DNA of 63,996 bases, the filler included. It is 5 parts of 5 records of this genome, joined end to end, with 100 filler letters (N's around TTAATTAATTAA, not from the genome) between each part and the next. Parts side by side here need not be neighbours in the genome. Positions count along the whole stretch, not along the records: positions 21,441 to 44,966 come from SRR20825010_1425; 4 more parts are not named here. The stretch is one strand, 5' to 3'. Below the pieces are notes generated by a model. That model worked only from the letters and a program-made list of their open reading frames with translations. It was not told the origin of the DNA and made no database searches. Position 1 is the stretch's first letter; the number at the start of each line of letters is the position of its first letter. This document shows positions 28,846 to 39,545 of the stretch, piece after piece. Made by a program: the position numbers and the translations under genes.

Positions 28846-30067
28846 TAGGGATAATTGGAAGGAAATATTTGAAACTATTCACAAGAATAAACTGCGGACC
28901 TTTCTCTCCGGGTTTACTGTGGCTTTGGGCATTTTAATTTTCGTTGTTCTGTTTGGAATGGGCAACGGACTGGTAAACACCTTCAATGAGTTTTTTGGGG
29001 ATGATGCTACCAATGTGCTTTATGTTTTTCCCGGAAGGACTACGATACCTTATAAAGGCTATAAATCCAATAGGACCATTGAGTTCGATAACAGTGATTT
29101 GGTGGATATCAACAAAAATTTCGCAATGTTCGTGGAGTATTCTACCCCAAGGATTTCCAGAGGAGGTCTGGTCAAATACAAGAATGAATCCAATAACTAT
29201 ACTACCAGAGCGGTTGGTCCGTCGCATCAATATGCCGAAAAGACCATTATGATGAAGGGTCGCTTTATAAACGAAGAGGATGTAAAAAACAAAACAAAAT
29301 ATGTGGCCATTGGGAGGTTGGTAGAGCAGGATCTTTTTGGAAATAACAGTGCCATAGGCGAATACATAGATGTGGCCGGGAGTGCTTTTATGGTTATCGG
29401 AGTTTTTCAGGATGACGGAGGCGATAATGAGGAAAGATTGATCTATATGCCCTATACAACAAGACAGCTCATTGAGAAAAACAACGATAAAATAGACCAA
29501 ATAATAGTGGCTTTCAAACCAGAGATCGGTTACGCTGGGGCAATGGCGCTGGATAGAAGCCTGGATCGATTTTTTAGGGAAAAGAAATATATAAGCCCGG
29601 ATGACCAGAACGGAGTGTTTATCAGAAATGTGGCTGACCAGTTGAAGCAAAATCAGCAGTTTGCCAGGGTATTGCAAATTATAGTTGCCTTGGTGGCCTT
29701 TGGTACCATAATCGCGGGCATAATAGGGATCAGTAATATTATGGTGTTTGTGGTCAAGGAACGTACAAAGGAGCTTGGGATTAGAAAGGCGCTCGGGGCC
29801 ACACCTAAATCGGTTATCGGATCTATTCTATTGGAGTCGGTTTTTATTACTACCATTTCGGGATTTTTCGGAATGCTTTTGGGGATTTTTATTTTGAACT
29901 CCTTGGGTGAAAAGTTGAAGGACTACTTTATAACCAATCCATATATAGATATAACAATGGCCATTAGTGCAACCCTGGTATTGATACTGTTTGGGGCCAT
30001 TGCAGGATACATTCCGGCAAAAAGAGCAGCGGAAATAAAACCAATTGAAGCCTTAAGAGACGAATAA
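28838..30067 (+). CDS. MacB-type ABC transporter permease
   Basis: Paralog of 24315-25562; KERTKELGIRKALGA. Confidence 0.95.
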   Translation: MFSRDNWKEIFETIHKNKLRTFLSGFTVALGILIFVVLFGMGNGLVNTFNEFFGDDATNVLYVFPGRTTIPYKGYKSNRTIEFDNSDLVDINKNFAMFVEYSTPRISRGGLVKYKNESNNYTTRAVGPSHQYAEKTIMMKGRFINEEDVKNKTKYVAIGRLVEQDLFGNNSAIGEYIDVAGSAFMVIGVFQDDGGDNEERLIYMPYTTRQLIEKNNDKIDQIIVAFKPEIGYAGAMALDRSLDRFFREKKYISPDDQNGVFIRNVADQLKQNQQFARVLQIIVALVAFGTIIAGIIGISNIMVFVVKERTKELGIRKALGATPKSVIGSILLESVFITTISGFFGMLLGIFILNSLGEKLKDYFITNPYIDITMAISATLVLILFGAIAGYIPAKRAAEIKPIEALRDE

Positions 30068-30068
30068 T

Positions 30069-31331
30069 ATGCGATTTTTATTTGATAGTAATACATGGCA
30101 GGAGATTTTTGGTTCTATTGGAAAGAATAGGACCAGGACCATTATTACGGTGATAGGTGTATTATGGGGAATTTTAATTTATATCGTTTTGTCGGGAGCC
30201 GCTAAAGGCTTGGACAATGGGTTCGAGAAGCAATTTCAAAATGTGGCCATGAACAGTATGTTCACTTGGGCGCAAAGTACAAGTATGCCCTATAAGGGAT
30301 TTAAGACAGGAAGACAGTTGCAGCTTAAATTGAATGACGGGGTCTTATTAAAAAATAGAATTCCTGAGATTCAATATATTGCCCCAAGGAATGTGAAGGG
30401 CATTTTTGGAGGTAGCCCGGCCCAGATTATTAGAAGCGGTAAGTCTGGGAATTATGCGGTCTATGGCGATTATCCCATTTCCACAAAAATTGCAACCAAG
30501 AAAATCTATGATGGGGGCAGATTTATAAATGATGAGGATATTGATGGTGCCAGAAAAGTATGTGTTATCGGAGAGCGCACGCAAAAGGATTTGTTTGAGA
30601 GTGATGAGAATCCCATAGGGGGATATATTAGGATCGATAATGTATTTTTCCAAGTAGTGGGAGTGCACAAGTTTACGCCCGGAGGTGGATTTGAAAGCGA
30701 TTCCGATATTTATATACCCTTTACTACTTTCAAAAAATTATATAATACAGGTGAAAATGTGGGTTGGTTCGCTATCGCAGCCTATGACGACGCAGATGTT
30801 ATTAAGGTGGAGGAAAATGTGAAAGCGGTTCTTAAGACTATTCACAACGTAAACCCAAAGGATGAACGTGCCATTGGTTCGTTTAATCTAGGAGAAATAT
30901 TCAACAGAATTGTTGGCTTTGCAAAGGGTCTTACCTTCATGTCCTTGGTGGTTGGGATTGCAACTATTTTGGCGGGAGTTATAGGGATTGGCAATATTTT
31001 ATTGATTTCGGTAAAGGAGAGGACCAAAGAATTGGGAGTTAGGCGTGCCCTTGGTGCCACCCCAAAGGAAGTGCGTTCCCTTATCATCCTGGAGTCGGTG
31101 TTTCTAACCATGCTGGCCGGCGTTATGGGAATTGTTCTAGGGGCGGGAGTGCTAAGTCTGATCAATAAGTTAACCCAGGGCATGGATTTTCCTTACGCCA
31201 ATCCAACCGTACCCATACCTTATGTTTTGGGGGCCCTGGCCTTAATGGTAGTGCTTGGGACATTAATAGGCCTGATACCTGCGCAAAGAGCAGTAAGTAT
31301 AAAACCAATAGATGCTTTAAGAGAAGAATAA
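30069..31331 (+). CDS. MacB-type ABC transporter permease
   Basis: Paralog of 25590-26849 (shared MF.W.Q.TSM.YKG...GR, .PRN, YGDYP). Confidence 0.95.
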   Translation: MRFLFDSNTWQEIFGSIGKNRTRTIITVIGVLWGILIYIVLSGAAKGLDNGFEKQFQNVAMNSMFTWAQSTSMPYKGFKTGRQLQLKLNDGVLLKNRIPEIQYIAPRNVKGIFGGSPAQIIRSGKSGNYAVYGDYPISTKIATKKIYDGGRFINDEDIDGARKVCVIGERTQKDLFESDENPIGGYIRIDNVFFQVVGVHKFTPGGGFESDSDIYIPFTTFKKLYNTGENVGWFAIAAYDDADVIKVEENVKAVLKTIHNVNPKDERAIGSFNLGEIFNRIVGFAKGLTFMSLVVGIATILAGVIGIGNILLISVKERTKELGVRRALGATPKEVRSLIILESVFLTMLAGVMGIVLGAGVLSLINKLTQGMDFPYANPTVPIPYVLGALALMVVLGTLIGLIPAQRAVSIKPIDALREE

Positions 31332-31362
31332 AACAAACCAATAAAAATAAATATATAGTAAA

Positions 31363-32511
31363 ATGAACAAGATTGTAAAATATGTGCTAATCGGAGTTTT
31401 GGTGCTGGGAGCTCTTTGGGCAGCGGCCTTTTTTGTGAAGTCGAATAGCAAGTCGGCCATTACCTACGAGACTAAAAATCCTTTTACCGCCAATATCCAA
31501 AAGAAATCTGTGGCAACCGGAAAGGTAGTGCCCGAGGACGAGGTAGAGATAAAACCTCAGATTTCAGGTATTATAGACGAAATCTTTTTGAAAGAGGGTG
31601 CCAAGGTAAATGCGGGCGACCTAATTGCAAAAATAAAGGTGGTTCCTAATGAACAGTCCATGAACCAGGCTAGAGGTCGGGTAAAAAATGCAGAAATAGC
31701 ATTGAACAATACCAAGATTGAATATGACCGGAATAAGGCCATATTTGATAAAGGAGTAATTTCTTCCCAAGATTTTAATACGCAACAGTTGCGATATGAC
31801 CAGGCAAAATTGGAACTTCAGAACGCACAATCCGATTACCAGATTATCCGTGATGGGTCTGCCGGTGGCAGTGCCACGGCCAACACTAACATTCGGGCTA
31901 CTGTTTCCGGGACTGTCCTTGAGATTCCCGTGAAGGAAGGAGATCAGGTAATTCAGAGTAACAACTTTAATGACGGGACTACCATAGCCACTATTGCTGA
32001 TTTGAGTATTATGATATTTGAAGGGAAAGTGGATGAAGGTGAGGTGGGAAAATTGGAATTGGGAATGCCCCTGGAAATTAGTTTGGGCGCCATTAACGAT
32101 AAAAAGTTCGATGCCAAACTTAGGTTTATTGCACCTAAGGGGGTTGAGGAATCTGGAGCTGTACAGTTTAAGATAGAGGGCGATGTAACCGTAGAGGACG
32201 ACTTTTTGATCCGTGCCGGTTATAGTGCCAATGCCTCCTTGGTACTGGAAAAGAAGGATAGTGTAATGGTAATACCAGAGGCGCTTTTACAATTTGATAA
32301 GGTAACGGATAAACCCTTTGTTGAAGTGGCCATAGGTACTGTAGAGGAACAAAAATTTGAAAGAAAGGATGTTGAAATAGGGATTTCGGACGGGGTTAAT
32401 GTGGAAATTGTTTCGGGCATTACCAAGGATGATAAGGTGAAGATATGGAACAAAACGGAGCCTATTAAGAAAGGTACCGAAGAAGATAGTGAAACAGAGG
32501 AAGGTAAATAA
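31363..32511 (+). CDS. Efflux periplasmic adaptor (MacA/HlyD family)
   Basis: Paralog of 26932-28044 (VIQSNNFNDGTTIA, MIFEGKVDE). Confidence 0.93.
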   Translation: MNKIVKYVLIGVLVLGALWAAAFFVKSNSKSAITYETKNPFTANIQKKSVATGKVVPEDEVEIKPQISGIIDEIFLKEGAKVNAGDLIAKIKVVPNEQSMNQARGRVKNAEIALNNTKIEYDRNKAIFDKGVISSQDFNTQQLRYDQAKLELQNAQSDYQIIRDGSAGGSATANTNIRATVSGTVLEIPVKEGDQVIQSNNFNDGTTIATIADLSIMIFEGKVDEGEVGKLELGMPLEISLGAINDKKFDAKLRFIAPKGVEESGAVQFKIEGDVTVEDDFLIRAGYSANASLVLEKKDSVMVIPEALLQFDKVTDKPFVEVAIGTVEEQKFERKDVEIGISDGVNVEIVSGITKDDKVKIWNKTEPIKKGTEEDSETEEGK

Positions 32512-32552
32512 GCGGAACATCAATCAAAAAACAATCAAAAAATAATCAAAAC

Positions 32553-33893
32553 ATGAAAATTAAGATACTTATAGGGTTGTTTATTTTCTGTTGTGGCGTA
32601 CTATCCGCCCAAGAAAAGAAATGGACCTTGGAAGAATGTGTTTACTATGCCGTGGAGAATAACTTGACCATAGAGCAGTTTGAACTCGATCTTGAAAATG
32701 CCAAAATAGATAAGTCCGATGCCATCGGTGATATGTTGCCCAATTTTAATGCAAATGCAAGTGTTTCCGGTAATTCTGGGCTCGTTTTGGATCAATCCAG
32801 GAACCAACAGGTTACTGGAACCGTAACAACTGCATCAGGAGGATTTAGTTCCTCGGTAAATCTATTTGATGGGCTCAGGAATATTCATCGGTTAAATAGG
32901 GCAAAACTGAATGCCTTGGCCAATCAGTATAGATTGGATAACTTAAAGGACGATATTATGCTTGCGGTGGCCAATGCCTACTTACAGGTTTTGTCCAATA
33001 AGGAGTCGCTTAAAGTCTTTAGGGCACAATATGCCGTTACCGAGCAGGATCTGGTCAGGACCAAGGAATTGGTGGATGCCGGTGTTGTTCCAAGGGGCGA
33101 TTTGTTGGAAATAGAGGCTACTGCCGCGAATCAGGAACAGCAAATTGTAAATGGGGAGAACCAAGTGTTGATCTCTAGGATAGGCCTGGCACAATTACTT
33201 CAAATCAGGGACTACGAAAATTTTGATATCGCGGATGAGGAATTTGACATTCCACCCTCCAATATATTGGACAATTCCCCCAAAACGATTTTCGACAAGG
33301 CCCTTACCTTTAGGAATGACATTAAATTCTCACTTTCCAATGTGGAATTGGCTCAAAAAGATTTACAAATAGCCAAAGGTGCAGTTTACCCAACTTTAGG
33401 GGCTTTCTTTAACTATGGAACACGTTATTCAAGCGAATTTAGAGATCCAGTGACTTTTAATAGAATCGCCTTTGCCGACCAGTTGTATTTAACGGATGGT
33501 ATTGCCTATGGGCTGCAATTGAATATTCCTGTATTTAATGGATTTAGTGTTAACAACAATATTAAAAGGGCCAAAATTGGGGTAGAAAGGTCACGTTTGC
33601 AGTTGGAACAGGATAAATTGGATTTGGAAACCAATGTCAATCAGGCCTATGTAGATGTTAAGAGCTTTTCAAAGGCCTATGAAGCCGCCCAAAAAACTTT
33701 GGATGCCCGTAGGTTGGCCTATAATTATTCAAAAGAGCGATTTGATGTAGGCCTAATGAACGCCTTCGATTTTAGTCAGTCGCAGTCCAGGGTAGATAAT
33801 GCAGAGGCCGAATTAATAAGGACCAAATATGACTATATATTTAGATTAAAGGTTCTGGAATTTTATTTTGGTTTACCTATAACATTGGATTAA
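32553..33893 (+). CDS. TolC-family outer membrane efflux protein
   Basis: Signal peptide, WTLEECVYYAVENN, VANAYLQVL, LNIPVFNG, two OEP repeats. Confidence 0.93.
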   Translation: MKIKILIGLFIFCCGVLSAQEKKWTLEECVYYAVENNLTIEQFELDLENAKIDKSDAIGDMLPNFNANASVSGNSGLVLDQSRNQQVTGTVTTASGGFSSSVNLFDGLRNIHRLNRAKLNALANQYRLDNLKDDIMLAVANAYLQVLSNKESLKVFRAQYAVTEQDLVRTKELVDAGVVPRGDLLEIEATAANQEQQIVNGENQVLISRIGLAQLLQIRDYENFDIADEEFDIPPSNILDNSPKTIFDKALTFRNDIKFSLSNVELAQKDLQIAKGAVYPTLGAFFNYGTRYSSEFRDPVTFNRIAFADQLYLTDGIAYGLQLNIPVFNGFSVNNNIKRAKIGVERSRLQLEQDKLDLETNVNQAYVDVKSFSKAYEAAQKTLDARRLAYNYSKERFDVGLMNAFDFSQSQSRVDNAEAELIRTKYDYIFRLKVLEFYFGLPITLD

Positions 33894-33912
33894 GCTATAT
33901 TTGCGGTCTATT

Positions 33913-34584
33913 ATGGCTATGATATTAAATTTAGAGACCGCAACCACGAATTGTTCCGTGAGTATTGCCAACAAAGGGGAAATAATTTCTTTAAGGGAAG
34001 ATAATAGTCCAAACTATTCGCATTCGGAACAGTTGCACATTTTTATAGAGGAAGCTTTGAAAGGGGCTTCCTTAACTTTTAAGGATATATCCGCCATTGC
34101 CGTTAGCAAGGGTCCTGGGTCTTATACGGGTCTGAGAATAGGAGTGTCGGCAGCCAAGGGGCTCTGTTTTTCATTGGATCTTCCGCTGATATCGGTTTCC
34201 ACACTGGAAAGTTTGGCAAAGCAGGGATATGAAAAAAACTATGATTTTATAATTCCTCTCTTGGATGCCAGGAGAATGGAAGTATATTCGGCCGTTTTTG
34301 ATGCGGAAGGTAACAATATAAGGGAGACTAGAGCAGAAATTATCAACAAGGACAGCTTTTTGGAATATGCACAAAAAGGCAGTGTTTTGCTAATTGGGGA
34401 CGGAGCGGAAAAATGCAGGGAACTGTTGGATCACCCAAATTTTAGTTACCGTTCGGCATTGCCTACTGCTAAAGAAATGGGAGTATTGTCCTATAAAAAG
34501 TTCAAAGCAAACGATTTTGAAAATGTCGCCTACTTTGAACCATACTATTTAAAGGACTTTATGTTGCCATCCAAAAAATCTTAG
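33913..34584 (+). CDS. tsaB: tRNA threonylcarbamoyladenosine biosynthesis protein TsaB
   Basis: ILNLETATTNCSV, HSEQL, AVSKGPGSYTGLRIG, DARRMEVY; TATATTTG promoter at 33896-33903 favours ATG 33913 or 33919 over TTG 33901. Confidence 0.95.
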   Translation: MAMILNLETATTNCSVSIANKGEIISLREDNSPNYSHSEQLHIFIEEALKGASLTFKDISAIAVSKGPGSYTGLRIGVSAAKGLCFSLDLPLISVSTLESLAKQGYEKNYDFIIPLLDARRMEVYSAVFDAEGNNIRETRAEIINKDSFLEYAQKGSVLLIGDGAEKCRELLDHPNFSYRSALPTAKEMGVLSYKKFKANDFENVAYFEPYYLKDFMLPSKKS

Positions 34585-34586
34585 AC

Positions 34587-35417
34587 TCAAGATTGGTGGA
34601 TAACCCTTTGTGGGAAAGGAATTTCTATACCTGCGGCATCAAACCTGTTTTTTAGCTCTTCCATAACATGAAAGTGGGCTGCCCAAAATACTTCATTTTC
34701 GGCCCAAAAACGCAAGGAAAGGTTAACGGAGCTATCTCCCAATTCGGCCACATATACTTCTGGGGCCGGATCTTTTAAGATGTTTTCATTCTCCGCACAT
34801 ATCTCCAGTAAAATTTCTTTGGCCAATTTTATATTGGAGCCATACCCTATACCCACCGCAATCTTGTCCCTTCGCGTGTTTTGGGCATTATAATTAATGA
34901 TGTTGTTATTGGATAATTGGCCATTGGGAACTATGGCGATTTGATTTCCAAAGGTGCTTAGTTTAGTTGTAAAAATGGTAATTTCCTTAACCGTGCCATC
35001 TACCCCCTGAGCCGAGATAAAATCACCTACCTTAAATGGTTTAAACACCAAGATAAGTACTCCTCCTGCAAAATTGGCCAAGGAACCTTGTAGGGCCAGG
35101 CCAATGGCCAGACCGGCGGCACCAATAATGGCTACCAAGGAAGAGGATTGAACACCCAACTGGGTAATTACCAGTACAAATAGCATTATTTTTAGGCCGA
35201 TACTGATAAAACTCATCAAGAACGATTCCAGGGAAGGGTCGTATTCGGCCTTCCTAAAAAATTTCTTGACCATTCTGTTGATTAATCTTATAATCCAAAG
35301 ACCTACTACAAAAATAAGTGCGGCTGTGACCAGGGAGGTGGCCAAACCGGGCAAAATTTCCCATGCCCATTCCTGGGCTTTAGTAATGTTGTCCTCGTAG
35401 TCGTTCAATATATTCAT
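34587..35417 (-). CDS. mscS: Small-conductance mechanosensitive channel
   Basis: GAAGLAIGLALQGSLANFAGG, KPFKVGDFI, GIEIPFPQR. Confidence 0.93.
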   Translation of the reverse strand: MNILNDYEDNITKAQEWAWEILPGLATSLVTAALIFVVGLWIIRLINRMVKKFFRKAEYDPSLESFLMSFISIGLKIMLFVLVITQLGVQSSSLVAIIGAAGLAIGLALQGSLANFAGGVLILVFKPFKVGDFISAQGVDGTVKEITIFTTKLSTFGNQIAIVPNGQLSNNNIINYNAQNTRRDKIAVGIGYGSNIKLAKEILLEICAENENILKDPAPEVYVAELGDSSVNLSLRFWAENEVFWAAHFHVMEELKNRFDAAGIEIPFPQRVIHQS

Positions 35418-35550
35418 GTAATTTTAATTTTTTGCAAAACAATAAAAAATCCATTTCCTTGTCAAATCCCAAACACTAAACAATTGTTAATCTTGCTGAC
35501 AATTACTGTTGGAATCTAGAGTTTTGATTAGGGTTAGAAAAATATAGTAC

Positions 35551-35576
35551 AAAAAAAGCGCCTTTTATCGGCGCTT
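35551..35576 (-). terminator. Intrinsic terminator after dodecin
   Basis: AAGCGCC-ttttatc-GGCGCTT stem with a U-tract on the minus strand. Confidence 0.7.
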
Positions 35577-35598
35577 ATTGATTGAAATACGAATAATA

Positions 35599-35799
35599 TT
35601 AATTCACTTCAAAAGTGATTTTAACATTTACCCGATAATTGTCGATTTTTCCATCCTTAACGGTAGCGCTTTGTTCATTAATGTAAACCGAACGTATATT
35701 TTTTACCGTTTTGGAAGCATGATCAACAGCATTTTTAGCAGCATCTTCCCACCCTTTGTTGGAATTTGCCAATACTTCGATAACTTTTAAGATAGACAT
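35599..35799 (-). CDS. Dodecin family protein
   Basis: 66 aa; KVIEVLANS..GWEDAAKNAV..ASKTVKNI...YRVNVKITF. Confidence 0.92.
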   Translation of the reverse strand: MSILKVIEVLANSNKGWEDAAKNAVDHASKTVKNIRSVYINEQSATVKDGKIDNYRVNVKITFEVN

Positions 35800-35870
35800 A
35801 GTATAAATTTTTTAGATTCTCTTAAAGTTAACAAATAAAAGCTAGAATGAGGGGTTATTGTTATTGAAAA

Positions 35871-36773
35871 TCAACCATTTAAGGCAACTACTTCATTTAC
35901 CATATCGCCCATCATATTTTTAAGCATGGTTTCGATTCCATTTTTTAGGGTATAGGTAGATGATGGGCAACCACTGCAAGCTCCTTGCAAAATAACGTTG
36001 ACGGTTTTTGTGTCCTCTTCATAGGACTTAAAGAGAATGTTGCCACCATCACTAGCTACTGCAGGTTTTACATACTCCTCTAAAATATCAATGATCTGCT
36101 TGGATATGTCGTCCAAATTGGTGTCTTCCAATTGGGCTTCCGGAGTGTTGGTATTTTGTTTTTGAAGACTCTTGGCCGAAACCACTTCCTTGCCGGCCGC
36201 AATAAAATCCCTGATTTTTTCACGAAGCTCCAAGGTAATATCGTCCCATTCCGCAACATCATACTTGTTTATGGAAACATAATTAACATCAAAAAACACT
36301 TCCTTTACAAAGGGCAGCATAAATAGTTGTTTGGCCAATTCCGAATCTTTGGCCTCATCTATGTTTTTAAATTCAAAAGTCGTTGGTACAATTCTTTTGT
36401 TGGTCACGAATTTCATCACGGACGGATTGGGGGTAACTTCGGCATATACTGTTACGGCCACCTTCTTTTGATTTTCATCCTCCTTAACAACAGGTTCGCC
36501 AGCGTTAAGATAATCTACCAACTGCTGTGCCACACTATCCTTAACATCGTCCCATTCCACAATATCATAACGCTCCAATCCTATAAAGTTACCTGAGATA
36601 TAGACCGTTTTTATAAACGGCAGATAAAATAACTGTTGGGCCAAAGGCGAAATTTTAGCTTCGTCTATGTTTTTGAATTCGTAGTTATTATTTTTTGTTA
36701 TGAAATGATTAGTCTCAAATTTCAGTATCGCCGGATTCTTCGTGGGTACCACGGTAATTATAAACTCCTCCAT
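35871..36773 (-). CDS. NifU/Nfu-family Fe-S scaffold with two Nfu_N domains
   Basis: Duplicated TxNPxxxKF...LAxQLFxLPFxKxV domains; PAVASDGG, LQGACSGCPSS. Confidence 0.93.
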   Translation of the reverse strand: MEEFIITVVPTKNPAILKFETNHFITKNNNYEFKNIDEAKISPLAQQLFYLPFIKTVYISGNFIGLERYDIVEWDDVKDSVAQQLVDYLNAGEPVVKEDENQKKVAVTVYAEVTPNPSVMKFVTNKRIVPTTFEFKNIDEAKDSELAKQLFMLPFVKEVFFDVNYVSINKYDVAEWDDITLELREKIRDFIAAGKEVVSAKSLQKQNTNTPEAQLEDTNLDDISKQIIDILEEYVKPAVASDGGNILFKSYEEDTKTVNVILQGACSGCPSSTYTLKNGIETMLKNMMGDMVNEVVALNG

Positions 36774-36891
36774 TTAAATATTTTTTACAAAAGTACGAAG
36801 GTTTTCTAAGTTATGGCATATATAATAATGTAGTATTTCAACCGTTATCATTTATATTTGGACGATGTTATTAACGCACCCCTCATCTTAA

Positions 36892-37884
36892 ATGAAACGA
36901 CATTTATTGATTTTACTTTCGTTTTTTGCGATTGGCTATCAGTCCATTGCTCAAGAAGGTGTTCCTGTTTATTTTGATTATTTAGCGGATAACTACTATT
37001 TGGTATACCCATCTATGGCCGGAATAGGCGAAGGAGGGAAAATTAGGGCAACTATTAGAAAACAATGGTTTAGTGTAGATGAGGCTCCCAATATGCAGAC
37101 CTTGAATGCACATTTTAGGGTTGGTGAAAGAAGCGGCTATGGAGCTACCGTTTTCAATGATGCCAACGGCTATCATTCCCAAACGGGATTTAAACTTACC
37201 TATGCACATCATTTAAGATTGGGTGGGGACTTTAGAAGTCTAAATCAACTCTCTTTTGGACTTAGTGCAGGCATACAACAAAGTAATTTGGACGAGTCGG
37301 AGTTTGTTTCTGTTATTCCAGATCCAATAATTACGGGTTCCAGGAATAGTGTTGGCTATTTCAATATGGATTTGGGAATGTCCTATAATTTTATGGAATT
37401 CTATGCCCATGCCGCTGTCCATAATCTAATGGGGAGAGGTAGGGATCTATATTCGGCCATAGAATCCAATAACTTAAGAAAATACCTCATATCATCGGGT
37501 TATGTGTTTGGAAAGAGCGAATGGCAAGTGGAGCCTTCGGTTCTATTTCAGTTTACCGAGTTTACCCAGGAAAAGGCAATCGATATTAACGCCAAAGTTT
37601 ATAAGAGTGTAGATTTTGGAACGGTTTGGGGCGGTCTTTCCTATCGAAGAAGTTTTGATGGAGCACAATACCAAACTGCCAGCGATTTTGGGGAACAGCG
37701 TTTACAGCTTTTTACGCCAATAGTGGGGGTTAACTACAAGAATTTTTTGGTCTCCTATAACTATTCCTACCAAATGGGGGATGTTAGATTTGATAATGGC
37801 GGATTTCATCAAATTACCCTTGGTTACGATTTTGGACAGACTGAGAAAAGATACGATTGTAAGTGCCCAGCTGTTAATTACTAA
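36892..37884 (+). CDS. Type IX secretion system membrane protein, PorP/SprF family
   Basis: Signal peptide, YYLVYPSMAG, RKQW..V.EAP..QTL, alternating beta-strands, GFHQITLGY. Confidence 0.88.
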   Translation: MKRHLLILLSFFAIGYQSIAQEGVPVYFDYLADNYYLVYPSMAGIGEGGKIRATIRKQWFSVDEAPNMQTLNAHFRVGERSGYGATVFNDANGYHSQTGFKLTYAHHLRLGGDFRSLNQLSFGLSAGIQQSNLDESEFVSVIPDPIITGSRNSVGYFNMDLGMSYNFMEFYAHAAVHNLMGRGRDLYSAIESNNLRKYLISSGYVFGKSEWQVEPSVLFQFTEFTQEKAIDINAKVYKSVDFGTVWGGLSYRRSFDGAQYQTASDFGEQRLQLFTPIVGVNYKNFLVSYNYSYQMGDVRFDNGGFHQITLGYDFGQTEKRYDCKCPAVNY

Positions 37885-38053
37885 TTCCGAAGCTGCGCTT
37901 TGCAGTTTGTCAATATTTCCTTTATTATTGATATTTGGTACTTGTGTATCCAAGAATTAAATGTCCAACAGATTTTTTAGATCCATTGAACATTTTATTA
38001 AATCTTTCAGTCATTTACAGCCTTAAGAGTATATTTTTTAGTAGGTAAAGGGC

Positions 38054-39232
38054 TTATTCCCAACGATAATTTTTCTTGGCCGCCTGTTTTTTAATAGCGA
38101 TAAGCATGGCATTTTCCAATTCGCCCTTTTCATTATCCTTTTGCTGTGAGGCAATATAAGCTTCCCTTTTGCTGTTCAGGTCTTGGATTTCTTTTTGGAT
38201 ATCGCTACGCTCCTTTTTCTTTCCTTCTATAAAGGATGCAATTTCAGTTTTGGATTTTCCCTTTAACTCCATTGGCAATTGCTCCTTTTCAATCTTGTCT
38301 ATGTCAAACCCTTCGGCCTTGGAGGCATCCACTAAGTCCCAGGAAGAATTGGTGTAAAGTCTGGACGATTTGCTGACCGCTCTTTTAACCGCAACAGCTT
38401 CCTCCATTTCCATGGCATTGCTATCCTGGGCGCTTTGCTGCTGTATTTTTGCAGCGCCTAAGGCCCCATAGGAAATATAGGTTTTGTTCAGTCTGGAATT
38501 TAATTTAATAATCACATCATCATAGGGTGTGGCTATATGTACTACCTTCCTGTTGTGGTCTATGGCCATATATTCTCCTCCCGTTAATTGGGCCCCATTT
38601 TTCCAACCTGTATTGATGCCTTGCTCGTAGGCACCACAAAAAATTGTATTTACAATAACATCCTTTTCCCTGGCGTTGGCCACCGCATCCTTATAATTTA
38701 ATTTTCCTTGGGTAAAGGGTTCATTGCCGGCAATAAAGATCATCTTTAGCTGGTCTGGATTTTTTCCCCAGTCCAATTGGCTCAAAGAAGTTTGTATTAC
38801 TTGTCCGCAATATTCTTCCCCTCCATTGGTTGAGAGTGAGAATAGTTTTTCTGAAATCTCATCCAGATCACTGCTAAAACCTAAAACCTGTTGAATATAA
38901 CCTTCCCTGGAGGATAAATCATCGTTGCCGTATTGGTATAGGGCAATCTGCAGCTGAGGCCTGCCATCGTTGCCACATTTGGCATGCGTAAATTTGTTCA
39001 CAATATCCCATAATTGTGCTTTCGCCTGATTTATTAGTCCGTCCATACTATTGCTGGTATCTAGCAGGAGTGCTATTCTGACCATATTATTGGCCGGCTT
39101 GGAGTCTTCTTTTGCAACTTCGGTGAAACCAGGGTCTTTTAGGGTGTGCCTATTATTAAGATCGTGGCCAAAAATTTGACCCATTCCTAGGGCAATAGCC
39201 CCTAAAACTAATATTTGCTTTACATTTTTCAT
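38054..39232 (-). CDS. Exported VWA domain protein
   Basis: Signal peptide; LLLDTSNSMDG MIDAS motif; TNGGEEYCG; FIAGNEPF. Confidence 0.88.
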   Translation of the reverse strand: MKNVKQILVLGAIALGMGQIFGHDLNNRHTLKDPGFTEVAKEDSKPANNMVRIALLLDTSNSMDGLINQAKAQLWDIVNKFTHAKCGNDGRPQLQIALYQYGNDDLSSREGYIQQVLGFSSDLDEISEKLFSLSTNGGEEYCGQVIQTSLSQLDWGKNPDQLKMIFIAGNEPFTQGKLNYKDAVANAREKDVIVNTIFCGAYEQGINTGWKNGAQLTGGEYMAIDHNRKVVHIATPYDDVIIKLNSRLNKTYISYGALGAAKIQQQSAQDSNAMEMEEAVAVKRAVSKSSRLYTNSSWDLVDASKAEGFDIDKIEKEQLPMELKGKSKTEIASFIEGKKKERSDIQKEIQDLNSKREAYIASQQKDNEKGELENAMLIAIKKQAAKKNYRWE

Positions 39233-39545
39233 AGTACTTTATTTTAGTTGAACATTGATTCTTATGTATTCGTAGCGGTTGGTTAATTATAGCTAACCAC
39301 TATTTTTAGTGTGTTATGAGCCACCTGTGTTCTAAGTATCTTTATAATAATTGGTGATACCATGGGTTAAAAGTAGGATCAACATTATTCAAAAAAAACA
39401 AGCAATGAGTAAACGGCCATTTTGGATGAGGCAAGTAGGGTTTTGGATTCGTTAAGCATGTTTTAGGTTTGTAAACTGCACTATTTATGGGAATAGGGCA
39501 TTTTTTAGTATGGTTTAAATCAATTAAGTTTATCATATATATTAT

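Noticed and set aside
28934-29677. 247-aa antisense ORF and the many other 60-240-aa shadow ORFs (e.g. 59202-59924, 62657-63313)
   Set aside because: They lie opposite or inside well-supported genes and have no recognisable motifs
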